Below are positions 1 to 8,582 of a DNA stretch of 64,000 bases, in pieces. Every line of letters begins with the position of its first letter. Within the stretch, counting starts at the first letter, position 1. The notes beneath the pieces were generated by a model. It did no database searches. It was given only the letters and a program-made list of their open reading frames with translations, and was not told the origin of the DNA. Both the position numbers and the translations under genes were made by a program. Origin of the DNA: an uncultured delta proteobacterium (GTDB taxonomy: Bacteria > Myxococcota_A > Polyangia > Polyangiales > JAFGIB01); assembly GCA_963778655.1 (NCBI GenBank), contig CAVZVA010000005.1:288001-352000 (forward strand), written 5' to 3'.

Positions 1-854
1 TACGGCGCGCTCTGGGCCGGCAGCGTGGCCTCGGCTTGCAGCACCGCAACCGACAGCGCGCTCAGCGCGAGCAGCCGCTGGCCGGCTGCGTCCGGCGCGA
101 GCCGCAGCTCGTCGAGCTTGCGGCTCAGCTCGCGGTCCTCGCCCGACGGCGCCAGCACCCGGTGCCGGCTATCCCAGCGCAGGCGGTGGCACATCAACGC
201 CGAGACCAAGGGCACAGTGCAGGGCACGACGTGGGTGACGCGCAGCGTTACGCTGTCTTCCCCCGACAGCCTGCCTTCCGCCAGCTGAGAGGACCCGGGC
301 GCAAGCGGAAAGGTGATGGCCGTCGTCACCGGCAGATAGCTGCGGAGCCCGAAAAGCAGGCGCGTAGCCGGCGAGTTTCCCAGCGTGTCCGCCACGCTCA
401 CCGTGCCGAATCGTGCGGTCAGCTTGGCGGCCAGCCACGGCTCGGGCGTGATCGCCGAAAGCGGGACGTGCACCGCGCGTCGGATCGCGGCCATACGCGG
501 GCCGTCGAGCGCTGCGGCGGGTTGCATGACCGACTGCTGCGCGTGCTCGAAACCCAGGCGTTGCACCAGCGCGCGCTCGGATGCGACATCGCTTTTGGCG
601 TGCCGCTGCGAGAGGTCGCCGCGTGGGGTGCCGTAGTAGCGCGGGTCGTCGTCGAGCACCACGCAGGCCGCGCGCACGCCGGCCACCGCGGCGTGCTCCA
701 CCACCAGGCTGGCGGCGGACAACAGCGCGAGCTGCAGAATGCCGAGCGAGAGCAGCAATAGCGGGGTGAACGCGATCAGGTGCTCGATCATCACCACCCC
801 GCGCGCGCAGCCCCACCGCGATCGAGACCCCGCGCGTGCGCTCCCGCGCGTCAC
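1..854 (-). CDS. tadE: TadE/TadG-like pseudopilin (3' end runs off the window)
   Basis: Translated by hand; absent from the ORF track. GTG at 854 overlaps the cpaA stop (GTGA). Reads MTRGSARAGSRSRWGCARG|VVMIEHLIAFTPLLLLSLGILQLALL..HAAVAGVRAA: G|xxxxE prepilin site, hydrophobic helix and TadE-type AAxxGxRAA. No stop before position 1. Confidence 0.75.
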   Translation of the reverse strand, partial: MTRGSARAGSRSRWGCARGVVMIEHLIAFTPLLLLSLGILQLALLSAASLVVEHAAVAGVRAACVVLDDDPRYYGTPRGDLSQRHAKSDVASERALVQRLGFEHAQQSVMQPAAALDGPRMAAIRRAVHVPLSAITPEPWLAAKLTARFGTVSVADTLGNSPATRLLFGLRSYLPVTTAITFPLAPGSSQLAEGRLSGEDSVTLRVTHVVPCTVPLVSALMCHRLRWDSRHRVLAPSGEDRELSRKLDELRLAPDAAGQRLLALSALSVAVLQAEATLPAQSAP

Positions 855-1363
855 GTCAGCGCCTCGGTCGCCAGCAGCAACGCGCACGCCGCGAAGATTG
901 CGGCTCCGAGCCGCACCGGGGTCAGCGCTTCGGGCGGCGGCCGCCGGCGCGCGCGCGGCAGCAGCAGTAGCAGCGAGCGTCCGAGGGTGGCCAGCAGCCG
1001 CCCGCGGTACGCCAGCACGCAGCACGCGCCGAGCGCGCACAGCGCATAGCTCAGCAGTTGGGCCTGAAGCCCGAGCTCCACGCCGCCGATCGCGCCGATC
1101 GCGGCGAACAGCTTGACGTCGCCGCCGCCGATCGCGTGCAGGCCGAACAGTGCGAGCGGCACCAGCGCGCACAACAGCGCAGCCGCCAGCGAAGCTGCCA
1201 GCGCCCCGGGTCCCGCGAGCAGCGCGTGGACCAGGGGCGCCGCGCACAAAGTCGGCAGCGTGAGCCAGTTGGGGATCAGCCCCGTGCGGGTGTCGCTGAG
1301 CGCGGCCAGCAGCGTGAGCGCGAGCAGCCACAGAGTCGACCATAGCGATGGGAGCTGGAGCAT
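851..1363 (-). CDS. cpaA: Prepilin peptidase CpaA/TadV (A24 family)
   Basis: SDTRTGLIPNWLT and GGGDVKLFAAIGA motifs carry the two catalytic Asp; hydrophobic; next to Flp pilins. Confidence 0.9.
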   Translation of the reverse strand: MLQLPSLWSTLWLLALTLLAALSDTRTGLIPNWLTLPTLCAAPLVHALLAGPGALAASLAAALLCALVPLALFGLHAIGGGDVKLFAAIGAIGGVELGLQAQLLSYALCALGACCVLAYRGRLLATLGRSLLLLLPRARRRPPPEALTPVRLGAAIFAACALLLATEALT

Positions 1364-1376
1364 GGCGTTTGCAGGG

Positions 1377-1532
1377 TCAGGGAAAGGGCAGCATCAGAAT
1401 CGCCTGCTGGTAGCGGAACAGGCCCAGCAGCAGGCCGCCGAGAGCGATCAGTGCGAGCACGACGCCCACCGACAGCAACGAGAGCACGATGGCGTATTCG
1501 GCCATCACCGTGCCGCGTGCATCGCGCAGCAT
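1377..1532 (-). CDS. Second Flp-like pilin, 51 aa (below the ORF-track cutoff)
   Basis: Translated by hand: MLRDARG|TVMAEYAIVLSLLSVGVVLALIALGGLLLGLFRYQQAILMLPFP*. Flp G|xxxxEY motif; fills the gap between flp and cpaA exactly. Confidence 0.8.
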   Translation of the reverse strand: MLRDARGTVMAEYAIVLSLLSVGVVLALIALGGLLLGLFRYQQAILMLPFP

Positions 1533-1544
1533 GCGGGCTTCGGC

Positions 1545-1748
1545 TCAGTGGGAGGCCGCCTTCTTCACGTTCTTGTCGATCGTCTTGGTGGACGTGTTGA
1601 GGTAGCCGTGAATGTTGTCCCCAAACGTCTTCCAGAGGGGGACGGAAAGCGCGGCGATCAGGCACAGCAGGATCGTGTACTCGACGGTGGTCAGCCCTCG
1701 CTGGTCGGCGCGCAGGCGGTGGGCGAGCTTGCGGATCTTGGCGTTCAT
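1545..1748 (-). CDS. flp: Flp family type IVc (Tad) pilin
   Basis: DQRG|LTTVEYTILLCLIA Flp motif; 67 aa; AAGGGG RBS. Confidence 0.9.
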   Translation of the reverse strand: MNAKIRKLAHRLRADQRGLTTVEYTILLCLIAALSVPLWKTFGDNIHGYLNTSTKTIDKNVKKAASH

Positions 1749-1834
1749 CGGATAACCCCTTGCGATGCGGCGTGCTCGCCGCGTGTGTGTCGGAGTTATC
1801 GGCGCGGGCCGCGCGCGGTTGCGTGGGCTCGACG

Positions 1835-3457
1835 CTATTCGGGATCGGGCGCGGGCGGCGGCGGGGGTGCGGGCGGCTCGGGCGGCGCGGCTGCAGTCGG
1901 CGGCGCTTCGTCCGCGGGCGGCGGCGGGGCGGCCGTGGGGGTCAGCTTGAGCACCGAGCCTTCTCTGCCCGCGGGCGCTTCACCTTCACCGGCGGACGGC
2001 GAATCGAGCGCCTTGAGCGCGGCGCGCGCGTTCTCGATGTCCTCGCTCGCCTCGCCCGCTACTGCGGGCGAGGCCGCGGCGGCTGGGGCCGCCTTGCGCT
2101 TGGGCTTGGCCGCGCGCGCGCGGTGCGCGTGCGAGGTCGCATTTACGGCGGCCGGCTTGGCGGCAGCCGGCTTGGCCGCGGGCGCCGTGGCTTGCGCCTT
2201 CGCTGCGGTGTGCGTGGCCTCGGCCTTCGCCGCCTGCGGGGGCTTCGTGCCCGTGGCCTTGGGCGCGGCAGCCGCGGCTGCGCCAGGTGCCGCGGCCGGG
2301 AGGCTGGGTGCGTTCGCTGCGGCGTTCGACCCAGCCGGGATGGCGCTTGCGCGCACGCCGTCGGGAGAAGGCGCCACCGCAGCTGGCTTGCCGCGCAGGC
2401 TCAGCCACAGCAGCAGCCCGGCCAGCAGCGCGGCGCAGGCGAGCGCCGCCGCGATCAGCGGAGCTCGGCTGCGCGGCGCGCTCGGGCGCTGCACGCTGGC
2501 CTGCTCCGGCAGCAGGTCGCGCGCATCGAGCGCGAGCCGCAGCGGCTCCGCGCCGCTCGCGCGCCCAGTCTCGCTCGGCAGCGAAGCGCGCGCATCGGCT
2601 CGCGGCGCGGCAGATGGCGCGGCCACCCCCGCCGCGCCATTCGCCGCGGCCCGCGGCGCGCGTTCCGGCTGGCGCTCGACCGCCTCGCGTTTGCTCGTGC
2701 TCGCGGCTGCGCTCGAGCGCGCCGCCTTGCCTGCCTGCGCCGGGCTGCCCGCTGCTGCCGGCTCTAGTCCGCCGGCCAGCCGCGAGGCCGCGATCGCCGC
2801 AGCCGGGTGCGGCACCACCGGCGTTTGCTTGTCGGGCCGGGAACGGGGCACGGCCGGCTCGTCGGACGCGGGAGCTCCGCCGGGCATCAGCAGCGTGCGG
2901 TCCGGCCGCGCGCCCCCGCGTACGACTTGCGCCTGCTGATAGGGCGCGGGCGGCGGGCGATTGCTCGGAACGCGCAGCGGCTCGGCGGGGCTCGGGTGGT
3001 GCGAGCGAGTGGCTTGCGCGGGCGGCGGCGGCGGCCTTCCCGGCTGGCCGCTGGCGCGCGCGGCCGCCTCGGTGCCGATCAGCGTCGCCGCATAGGCGCT
3101 GCGCTGCACGCGCACCGTCCGATTGGTGTCGCCCGGCAACTGGCCTTCGGGGCGCTGCGGCGCTTCGCCCAGCAGCAGCGTCGGATCGGCGTTCGGATAC
3201 GGCCGCTTGACCGTCTTTTCGCCGTCCGGCACCGCGCTCTCGGGTTGCGTCGGACCGGCCTTGGGCCGCCCACCTGCCGCGCCGCTGCTGAAGGTGTTGC
3301 GTGGCGGGCCGCCCGGCGCGGCCCGGGTGGCGCCGGCCCGGCCCTCGCCCGAGGCACCCAACGGCAGCGTTTGCGAGCGGTTGCCCGGCCGTTTCGACGC
3401 CCCCGACGGTTCCCCGGCGTCGGCTCCGGCGTCCTTTGGGGTGCGGTTGTCGGCCAT
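1835..3457 (-). CDS. Pro/Ala-rich low-complexity single-pass membrane protein
   Basis: 540-aa ORF with one TM (LIAAALACAALLAGLLLWL) and disordered flanks carrying xRTLL/PTLL-type motifs; co-directional with the tad genes. Confidence 0.6.
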   Translation of the reverse strand: MADNRTPKDAGADAGEPSGASKRPGNRSQTLPLGASGEGRAGATRAAPGGPPRNTFSSGAAGGRPKAGPTQPESAVPDGEKTVKRPYPNADPTLLLGEAPQRPEGQLPGDTNRTVRVQRSAYAATLIGTEAAARASGQPGRPPPPPAQATRSHHPSPAEPLRVPSNRPPPAPYQQAQVVRGGARPDRTLLMPGGAPASDEPAVPRSRPDKQTPVVPHPAAAIAASRLAGGLEPAAAGSPAQAGKAARSSAAASTSKREAVERQPERAPRAAANGAAGVAAPSAAPRADARASLPSETGRASGAEPLRLALDARDLLPEQASVQRPSAPRSRAPLIAAALACAALLAGLLLWLSLRGKPAAVAPSPDGVRASAIPAGSNAAANAPSLPAAAPGAAAAAAPKATGTKPPQAAKAEATHTAAKAQATAPAAKPAAAKPAAVNATSHAHRARAAKPKRKAAPAAAASPAVAGEASEDIENARAALKALDSPSAGEGEAPAGREGSVLKLTPTAAPPPPADEAPPTAAAPPEPPAPPPPPAPDPE

Positions 3458-3537
3458 CGCTTCCGCCGCAGCATAGCGCCTTTGCGGGAGCGCTTCGAGA
3501 ACGCTGCGGGCGACTTCGGACGCCCCGTCCCGACCCT

Positions 3538-3954
3538 TCAGGGCGCGATCAGATCAGGGTCAATCGCGCGCACGTCGGGGCGAGCCGCTCGGCGCCATGG
3601 CGAGCTCCAGCTCGTCGCGCAAGCAGCCGCAGCGCCTGCGCGACCCCGGGCGCGCCGCCGGCCGCCAGGGCCCGCAGCACCAGCCGACCCAGCAGCACCG
3701 CCCGGGCCCCAGCGCGAGCGCCTTGATGATGTCGGTGCCGCGCCGCACGCCGCCGTCGAGCAACGGCGGCAGCCGCTCGCCCACGGCCGCCGCGACCGCG
3801 GGCAAGGCCTTGATCGAGGCCACTGCGCCGTCGAGCCGGCGCCCGCCGTGGTTGCACACGCGTCGCAGGCGCCGCTGCGGTAGTAGTCCCAAGCCATCTG
3901 TGGCACGCGCTCGGCCACAATCCGCTCGAAGTCGCGCAAATTGAGCGGTTGCAT
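3538..3954 (-). pseudogene. Degraded FMN-dependent alpha-hydroxy-acid oxidase (LldD/glycolate oxidase family)
   Basis: N-terminus MQPLNLRDFERIVAERVPQMAWDYYRSGACD is joined, in another frame, to C-terminal motifs VCNHGGRRLDG, DGGVRRGTDIIKALALG, VLLGR and RDELELAM, spread over three frames. Confidence 0.85.
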
Positions 3955-4059
3955 GGCGTGACTGCAGGCTGCCCCCGCGGCTTGCTCGCGCCGCTGTAAT
4001 GACCGCACGCAGGGGTGGCAAGCAGGTGCTTCGCGCGCCGAATGTGTTACATCCCGTGC

Positions 4060-5346
4060 ATGGCTCGCGGCCTGCTCGCGCTCGTCGCCGCATGCGCGCT
4101 GGCGGCGGTGTGCCGCCCGGCGGAGGCGCAGCTGCGCTCGCCTTGGGCGCTGACGCACCGCGACGAGGATCTGCGCGTGTCGCTGGTGACCTTCGGCCGC
4201 GGCGACGAGATCCACCAATACTTCGGCCACAACGCGCTGCTGGTCGAGGACACCGAGCGCGAGGTCGGCGCGCTGTACAACTTCGGCATGTTCAGCTTCG
4301 GGCCCGAGATGCTGCCCAAGTACCTGCAGGGGCAGCTCGAGTTCTGGGCGGCGGCGACGCCGGTCCAACCGACCTACCGCATGTACATCGAGGAGAACCG
4401 CTCGATCCACGTGGCCGAGCTCAATCTATCGCCGTCCAGGCGGCGCTTCCTGGCCGAGCGCCTCGCCTATTACGTCCTGCCCGAGCACCGCAACTACCGC
4501 TACCACCACTATTTCAACAACTGCTCGACCAAGGTGCGCGACATGATCGACGCCGCCGTCGACGGTCAGTTGCACAAGGCCGCCTTGGGGCCGGCGCGCT
4601 TCACCTTCCGCGACCATACCCGTCGTTACACCCAGCAGGACCCGATCATCCACATGCTGCTGCTGCTGTGGATGAACGACTCGATGGAGCGGCCGATCCG
4701 CCGCTGGGACGAGTCGTTTCTGCCCGACGAGCTGGAACGTCTGGTGGACTCGGCCAAATATACCGACCAAAGCGGGCACCAGGTGCCGCTGGTCAAGCAG
4801 CGCTACACGGTGTTCGACGCGCAGCGGCCTCCCGTCCCCGCAGCGCCGTCGCGCGCGTGGCCCGGGCTGCTGGCCTTCGGCGCGCTGCTCGGCGGGCTCG
4901 CCCTGTTGCTGGCGCGCTGGGCCGCAGGCGGCGGCAAGCTCGCGCGCATCCTGCTTGGGGTGCACAGCCTGCTGCTCGGCTTGGTGATCGGCGTGCCCGG
5001 GCTGGTGGCCTTCCTGTTGCTCTTCACCCAGTGGGATGTCACCCACTACAACGAGAACCTGCTGCTGACCAATCCGCTGACCTTTCTGGCGTTTCCGCTG
5101 GGCTTCTGGACGGCGCTGGGCTCGAAGCGCGCGCAGCGCTGGCTGGGCGCGGTGTGGATGGCGCTGGCTGCGAGCTCGGTGCTGCTGCTGACGCTCAAGC
5201 TGTTGCCCGCGTTCGATCAGGACACGCACCTGCCGATGGCCCTGCTGATGCCGATCAACCTGGGCTGCGGCCTCGCCTACTACGGACTACGCCGCCGCCA
5301 CGCGAGCCGAGCGGTCTCGCCAGCAGCGGCAAGCGCCCCGGGCTGA
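4060..5346 (+). CDS. DUF4105 / Lnb-like (lipoprotein N-acyltransferase-like) membrane protein
   Basis: Signal peptide; FGHNAL, YNFGMF and YRYHHYFNNCST motifs; about five C-terminal TM helices. Confidence 0.8.
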   Translation: MARGLLALVAACALAAVCRPAEAQLRSPWALTHRDEDLRVSLVTFGRGDEIHQYFGHNALLVEDTEREVGALYNFGMFSFGPEMLPKYLQGQLEFWAAATPVQPTYRMYIEENRSIHVAELNLSPSRRRFLAERLAYYVLPEHRNYRYHHYFNNCSTKVRDMIDAAVDGQLHKAALGPARFTFRDHTRRYTQQDPIIHMLLLLWMNDSMERPIRRWDESFLPDELERLVDSAKYTDQSGHQVPLVKQRYTVFDAQRPPVPAAPSRAWPGLLAFGALLGGLALLLARWAAGGGKLARILLGVHSLLLGLVIGVPGLVAFLLLFTQWDVTHYNENLLLTNPLTFLAFPLGFWTALGSKRAQRWLGAVWMALAASSVLLLTLKLLPAFDQDTHLPMALLMPINLGCGLAYYGLRRRHASRAVSPAAASAPG

Positions 5347-5416
5347 CGGTTACGCTCGCGGTCGTGGTCGCAGTCGTGCCGGTCCTCACGAGATGGGGTG
5401 GGGGGATCGACCACGA

Positions 5417-6064
5417 TCAGGGAGCGGGCGTGGGGCTCGGCTTGGCCTGCGGGCGGCCGGCTTCGCTTGGCTTGGTGGCCGCGGCCAGCGTGATCAGCTC
5501 GGCGAGCGGCAGCGTGGCCGCCGCTTCGGTCGCCGGTACGTCGTTGCCGGCTGGGCTGACCCTCACGTTGATCAGGAAGCGATCGCCGACCACCAGGTTG
5601 ACCAGCGCGGTCTGACTCGGACCGTGCCACTGGCGCAGCGCGGGTTGGCCGCCAATCGCGGCGCCCCTGAACGTGCCCTGACCCGTGCCGCGGTTGGCCC
5701 CTTGCTGGCTCGTGACCAGCCGGCGCAGCCGGGGGGCGTTGAGGGTATCGGTGATCTCGAGCTGCACCCGACGATCGTCCTTGCGGTACTCGCGCCGCAC
5801 CAGGGTCAGCGTGCCGCCGTTCGTCATCGGCAGGGTTTGCAGCTTGGCCGGGCCTGTGGCCTTTGCGCCCGCGAAAGCGTCCGGCGCGTAGCGCTGCAGC
5901 GTCTGCACGGGCACCGGCTCACCCTCGGGCGGCGCCTCGGGCGGACCTGCCGGCAATTGCAGCGCGGCCGGCTGCGGGCTGCGTGTGGGCGTGCGTCCGC
6001 CCTCGCAGTTGCCGCAGCCGCAGAGCAAGAGGACCAGCAAGGGAAGTGGTAGCGCTCCGCGCAT
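5417..6064 (-). CDS. Hypothetical lipoprotein
   Basis: MRGALPLPLLVLLLCGC lipobox; start re-assigned to ATG 6064. Confidence 0.6.
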   Translation of the reverse strand: MRGALPLPLLVLLLCGCGNCEGGRTPTRSPQPAALQLPAGPPEAPPEGEPVPVQTLQRYAPDAFAGAKATGPAKLQTLPMTNGGTLTLVRREYRKDDRRVQLEITDTLNAPRLRRLVTSQQGANRGTGQGTFRGAAIGGQPALRQWHGPSQTALVNLVVGDRFLINVRVSPAGNDVPATEAAATLPLAELITLAAATKPSEAGRPQAKPSPTPAP

Positions 6065-6099
6065 GGCGCACGCAGCAGAGCGCATCCTCCGCGTGCCGG

Positions 6100-6981
6100 T
6101 CAATCCCCGGTCACGGGCGGCGGCGGCGGCGCGAAGCGGTTGTTGCGCGGAAACGCCTGTGGACCGCACGAAAGCCGCGGGTGCGGGCTCAGCTCGATGC
6201 CGCGCGCTAGCAGGCCGGCTCGGTCGTCGTAGCGCAGTGCGATGATCTGTGCGGGGCGCGTGCGTGAAGCGCGCGTGAATGCCACCTCGCGCGCCGCGCT
6301 GGAAAGGCTCTCGCCGTAGGCGGTCCCCAGGTTGTCGACGCTGGGCGCCGGCGCGCCCAGGCTCGCGCGGCTCTGCTCGTCGGCGCTCGGCGCCGGCTGT
6401 GCTGCCGACGCGGCCGAGCGGCTCGCGCTCTTGCGCGGGGCGGCGCCTTCGCCGGCCGGGCTCGCGTCATAGCGCGACACGGGGCTGGGCGGCTGGCGGA
6501 CGACGGCCGGGCGCACGCGCTCGGGAAAGATGGCCACGCCGATCACGCCCACGTTCTCCGGCGTGCCCATGCGCGCCGAGTAGCTGTCGCCCGGACGCGT
6601 GAAGCGGAAGGCCGCCACCTGGTCGAGGCTCTGGCGGAAACCGTCGATCACCACCCGGTCGTACGGGCCGATCAAGTAGCCGCGCCCGTGCACGTAGTCG
6701 CCGATCCGTCCGCTGACCGCATCGCGGCCGTCGACCGAGACCACCGCTTCCACGCGGCGGCCGGTGTGGTTCTCCACCCGGATCTGATAGCGGTCGCCGT
6801 AGCTTCCGAGCACGAAGGTCTGACCCTCGTGGTGAAAGGTGGGCAGCTCGCGCCCCGCCGCGTCTGTCACGTTCACCTCGTAGGGCACGTTGGGCCCCCG
6901 CGGATGGGCGAGCACCGGCGCGGCCCACAGCAAGCTCAAGGGCAACAACGACAACCAAGACAAGCGGGTTCGGGTACGCAT
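6100..6981 (-). CDS. Conserved hypothetical secreted protein
   Basis: AGGAGG RBS; signal peptide ending VLA; RVEAVVSVDGRD..IDGFRQS..VAAFRF..NVGVIGVAIF globular domain. Confidence 0.7.
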   Translation of the reverse strand: MRTRTRLSWLSLLPLSLLWAAPVLAHPRGPNVPYEVNVTDAAGRELPTFHHEGQTFVLGSYGDRYQIRVENHTGRRVEAVVSVDGRDAVSGRIGDYVHGRGYLIGPYDRVVIDGFRQSLDQVAAFRFTRPGDSYSARMGTPENVGVIGVAIFPERVRPAVVRQPPSPVSRYDASPAGEGAAPRKSASRSAASAAQPAPSADEQSRASLGAPAPSVDNLGTAYGESLSSAAREVAFTRASRTRPAQIIALRYDDRAGLLARGIELSPHPRLSCGPQAFPRNNRFAPPPPPVTGD

Positions 6982-7099
6982 CGCAGACCTCCTGGGCGGC
7001 TCGACACGAGCGGCCATGCTCTTGTCGACGCACCAGGCGGCGGCGGGATCTGAGCGCCTGGCGGGCATCGCCCGCGGCGTGTCGGGGCGGGTGTGCTCA

Positions 7100-7277
7100 G
7101 GACCCGCACACAAATAACCTGCTCAGTCGTGGCTCGTGGGCGGGCACGTTCGCGGCTTTTGTCCTCGAAAGAATCCTCGAAACACATCGAGTATTCCTGT
7201 GGTTCTTCCTGCGGGCGCGCTCGCGATCGCACTCCGCCGACGAGTCGGCCGTGACCAGGCTAATTGTGCTCGGGTCC
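7100..7277. mobile_element. 178-bp MITE with imperfect 26-bp terminal inverted repeats and a TCA/TGA target duplication
   Basis: Left end GGACCCGCACACAAATAACCTGCTCA versus reverse complement of right end GGACCCGAGCACAATTAGCCTGGTCA (21/26 match). TCA flanks both sides (7097-7099 and 7278-7280). Confidence 0.75.
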
Positions 7278-8582
7278 TCAGCCCCAGCGCGTGGCGTGCC
7301 ACTGCTTCTTGCCGCGGCGCAGCAGAATGCGCCTGCCGGGCAGCAGATCGCGCTCGCTCAGGCGGCGCTCCGGCTCGGCGCGCTCACCGTTGACCGAGAC
7401 CGCGCCGCTCTGCAGCAGCTGGCGCGCTTGTCCCTTCGAGCTCGCCAGCGAGGTCTGGGCCAGCAGCTCGACCAGGTCGGTGCCCTCGCCCGCAAGCCCG
7501 CCCAGGTCGTGCTCGGTGTGGGGCACGTCCGCGAACACCTCGTCCAGGGTCGCCGCGTCGAGCGCGCGCACGTCGCCTCCGAACAGCGCCTGGCTCGCCG
7601 CCTCCACCCGCGCGAGCTCCTCCCGCCCGTGTACCAGCGCGGTGAGCTCGCAGGCCAGCCGGCGCTGCGCGCCGCGCTCGTGCGGCGCCTTTGCGTGCTC
7701 GCGCGCGATCTCCGCGATCTGCTGCTGCGACAGGAAGCTGTACCACTTGAGCAGCGAGATCACGTCGGCGTCCTCGGTGTTGATGAAGTGTTGGTACAGC
7801 GCATAGGGGCTGGTGTGCTCGCGGCTGAGCCAGATCGCGCCCTTTTCGCTCTTGCCGATCTTCCTGCCGCCGGCGTCCGTGAGCAGCGGCGCGGTGATGC
7901 CGTACGCCTCGCCCGCGCCGCCTTCGCGCCCGAGCTTGTGATGGATCAGCTCGACGCCGGCCACGATGTTGCCGTACTGGTCGGAGCCGGCGAGCTGGAC
8001 CGTGCAGCCGTAGCTCTGCTTCAGGTGCAAGAAGTCATAAGCCTGCAGCAGCATGTAGCTGAACTCGGTGTAGCTAATGCCCTGCTCGCGCTCGTGCAGG
8101 CGCTGCCGTACCGAGTCCTTCTGGATCATGGCGTTGACCGAGAAGTGCTTGCCGATGTCGCGCAGCACCTCGATGAAGCCGAGCCTGCACAGCCAGTCGG
8201 CGTTGTCGAGCACCTCCGCCCGCGTGGGGCTCTTCGTGTCGAAGTCCAGGAAGCGCGCGAATACCCGGCGCTGGGCCTCCACGTTCGCCGCGATCTGGTC
8301 GCGGCCGAGCAGCTGGCGTTCCGCATCTTTGCCCGAGGGATCCCCGATCAGGCCAGTGCCGCCGCCCATCACCGCCAGCGGCCGGTGTCCCGCGCGCTGC
8401 CAGCGCATCAGCAGCGTGATCGGCAGCAGGTTGCCGATGGTGAGGTCGTTCCTGGTCGGGTCGAAGCCGCAGTAGCCGACCCGCCCAGGTGTGCCCAGGT
8501 GGCGCGCGACCTCGGCCTCGCTGGCCGTGGTCTGGTGCAGCAGCCCGCGCCACTTGAGCTCGTCGAGCAGACCCGTGCTCAT
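7278..8582 (-). CDS. tyrS: Tyrosine--tRNA ligase
   Basis: YCGFDPT, GGGTGLIGDPSG, EFSYMLLQAYDF, GSDQYGNI, KIGKS and a C-terminal S4 domain. ATG 8582 overlaps the hisS stop. Confidence 0.97.
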   Translation of the reverse strand: MSTGLLDELKWRGLLHQTTASEAEVARHLGTPGRVGYCGFDPTRNDLTIGNLLPITLLMRWQRAGHRPLAVMGGGTGLIGDPSGKDAERQLLGRDQIAANVEAQRRVFARFLDFDTKSPTRAEVLDNADWLCRLGFIEVLRDIGKHFSVNAMIQKDSVRQRLHEREQGISYTEFSYMLLQAYDFLHLKQSYGCTVQLAGSDQYGNIVAGVELIHHKLGREGGAGEAYGITAPLLTDAGGRKIGKSEKGAIWLSREHTSPYALYQHFINTEDADVISLLKWYSFLSQQQIAEIAREHAKAPHERGAQRRLACELTALVHGREELARVEAASQALFGGDVRALDAATLDEVFADVPHTEHDLGGLAGEGTDLVELLAQTSLASSKGQARQLLQSGAVSVNGERAEPERRLSERDLLPGRRILLRRGKKQWHATRWG

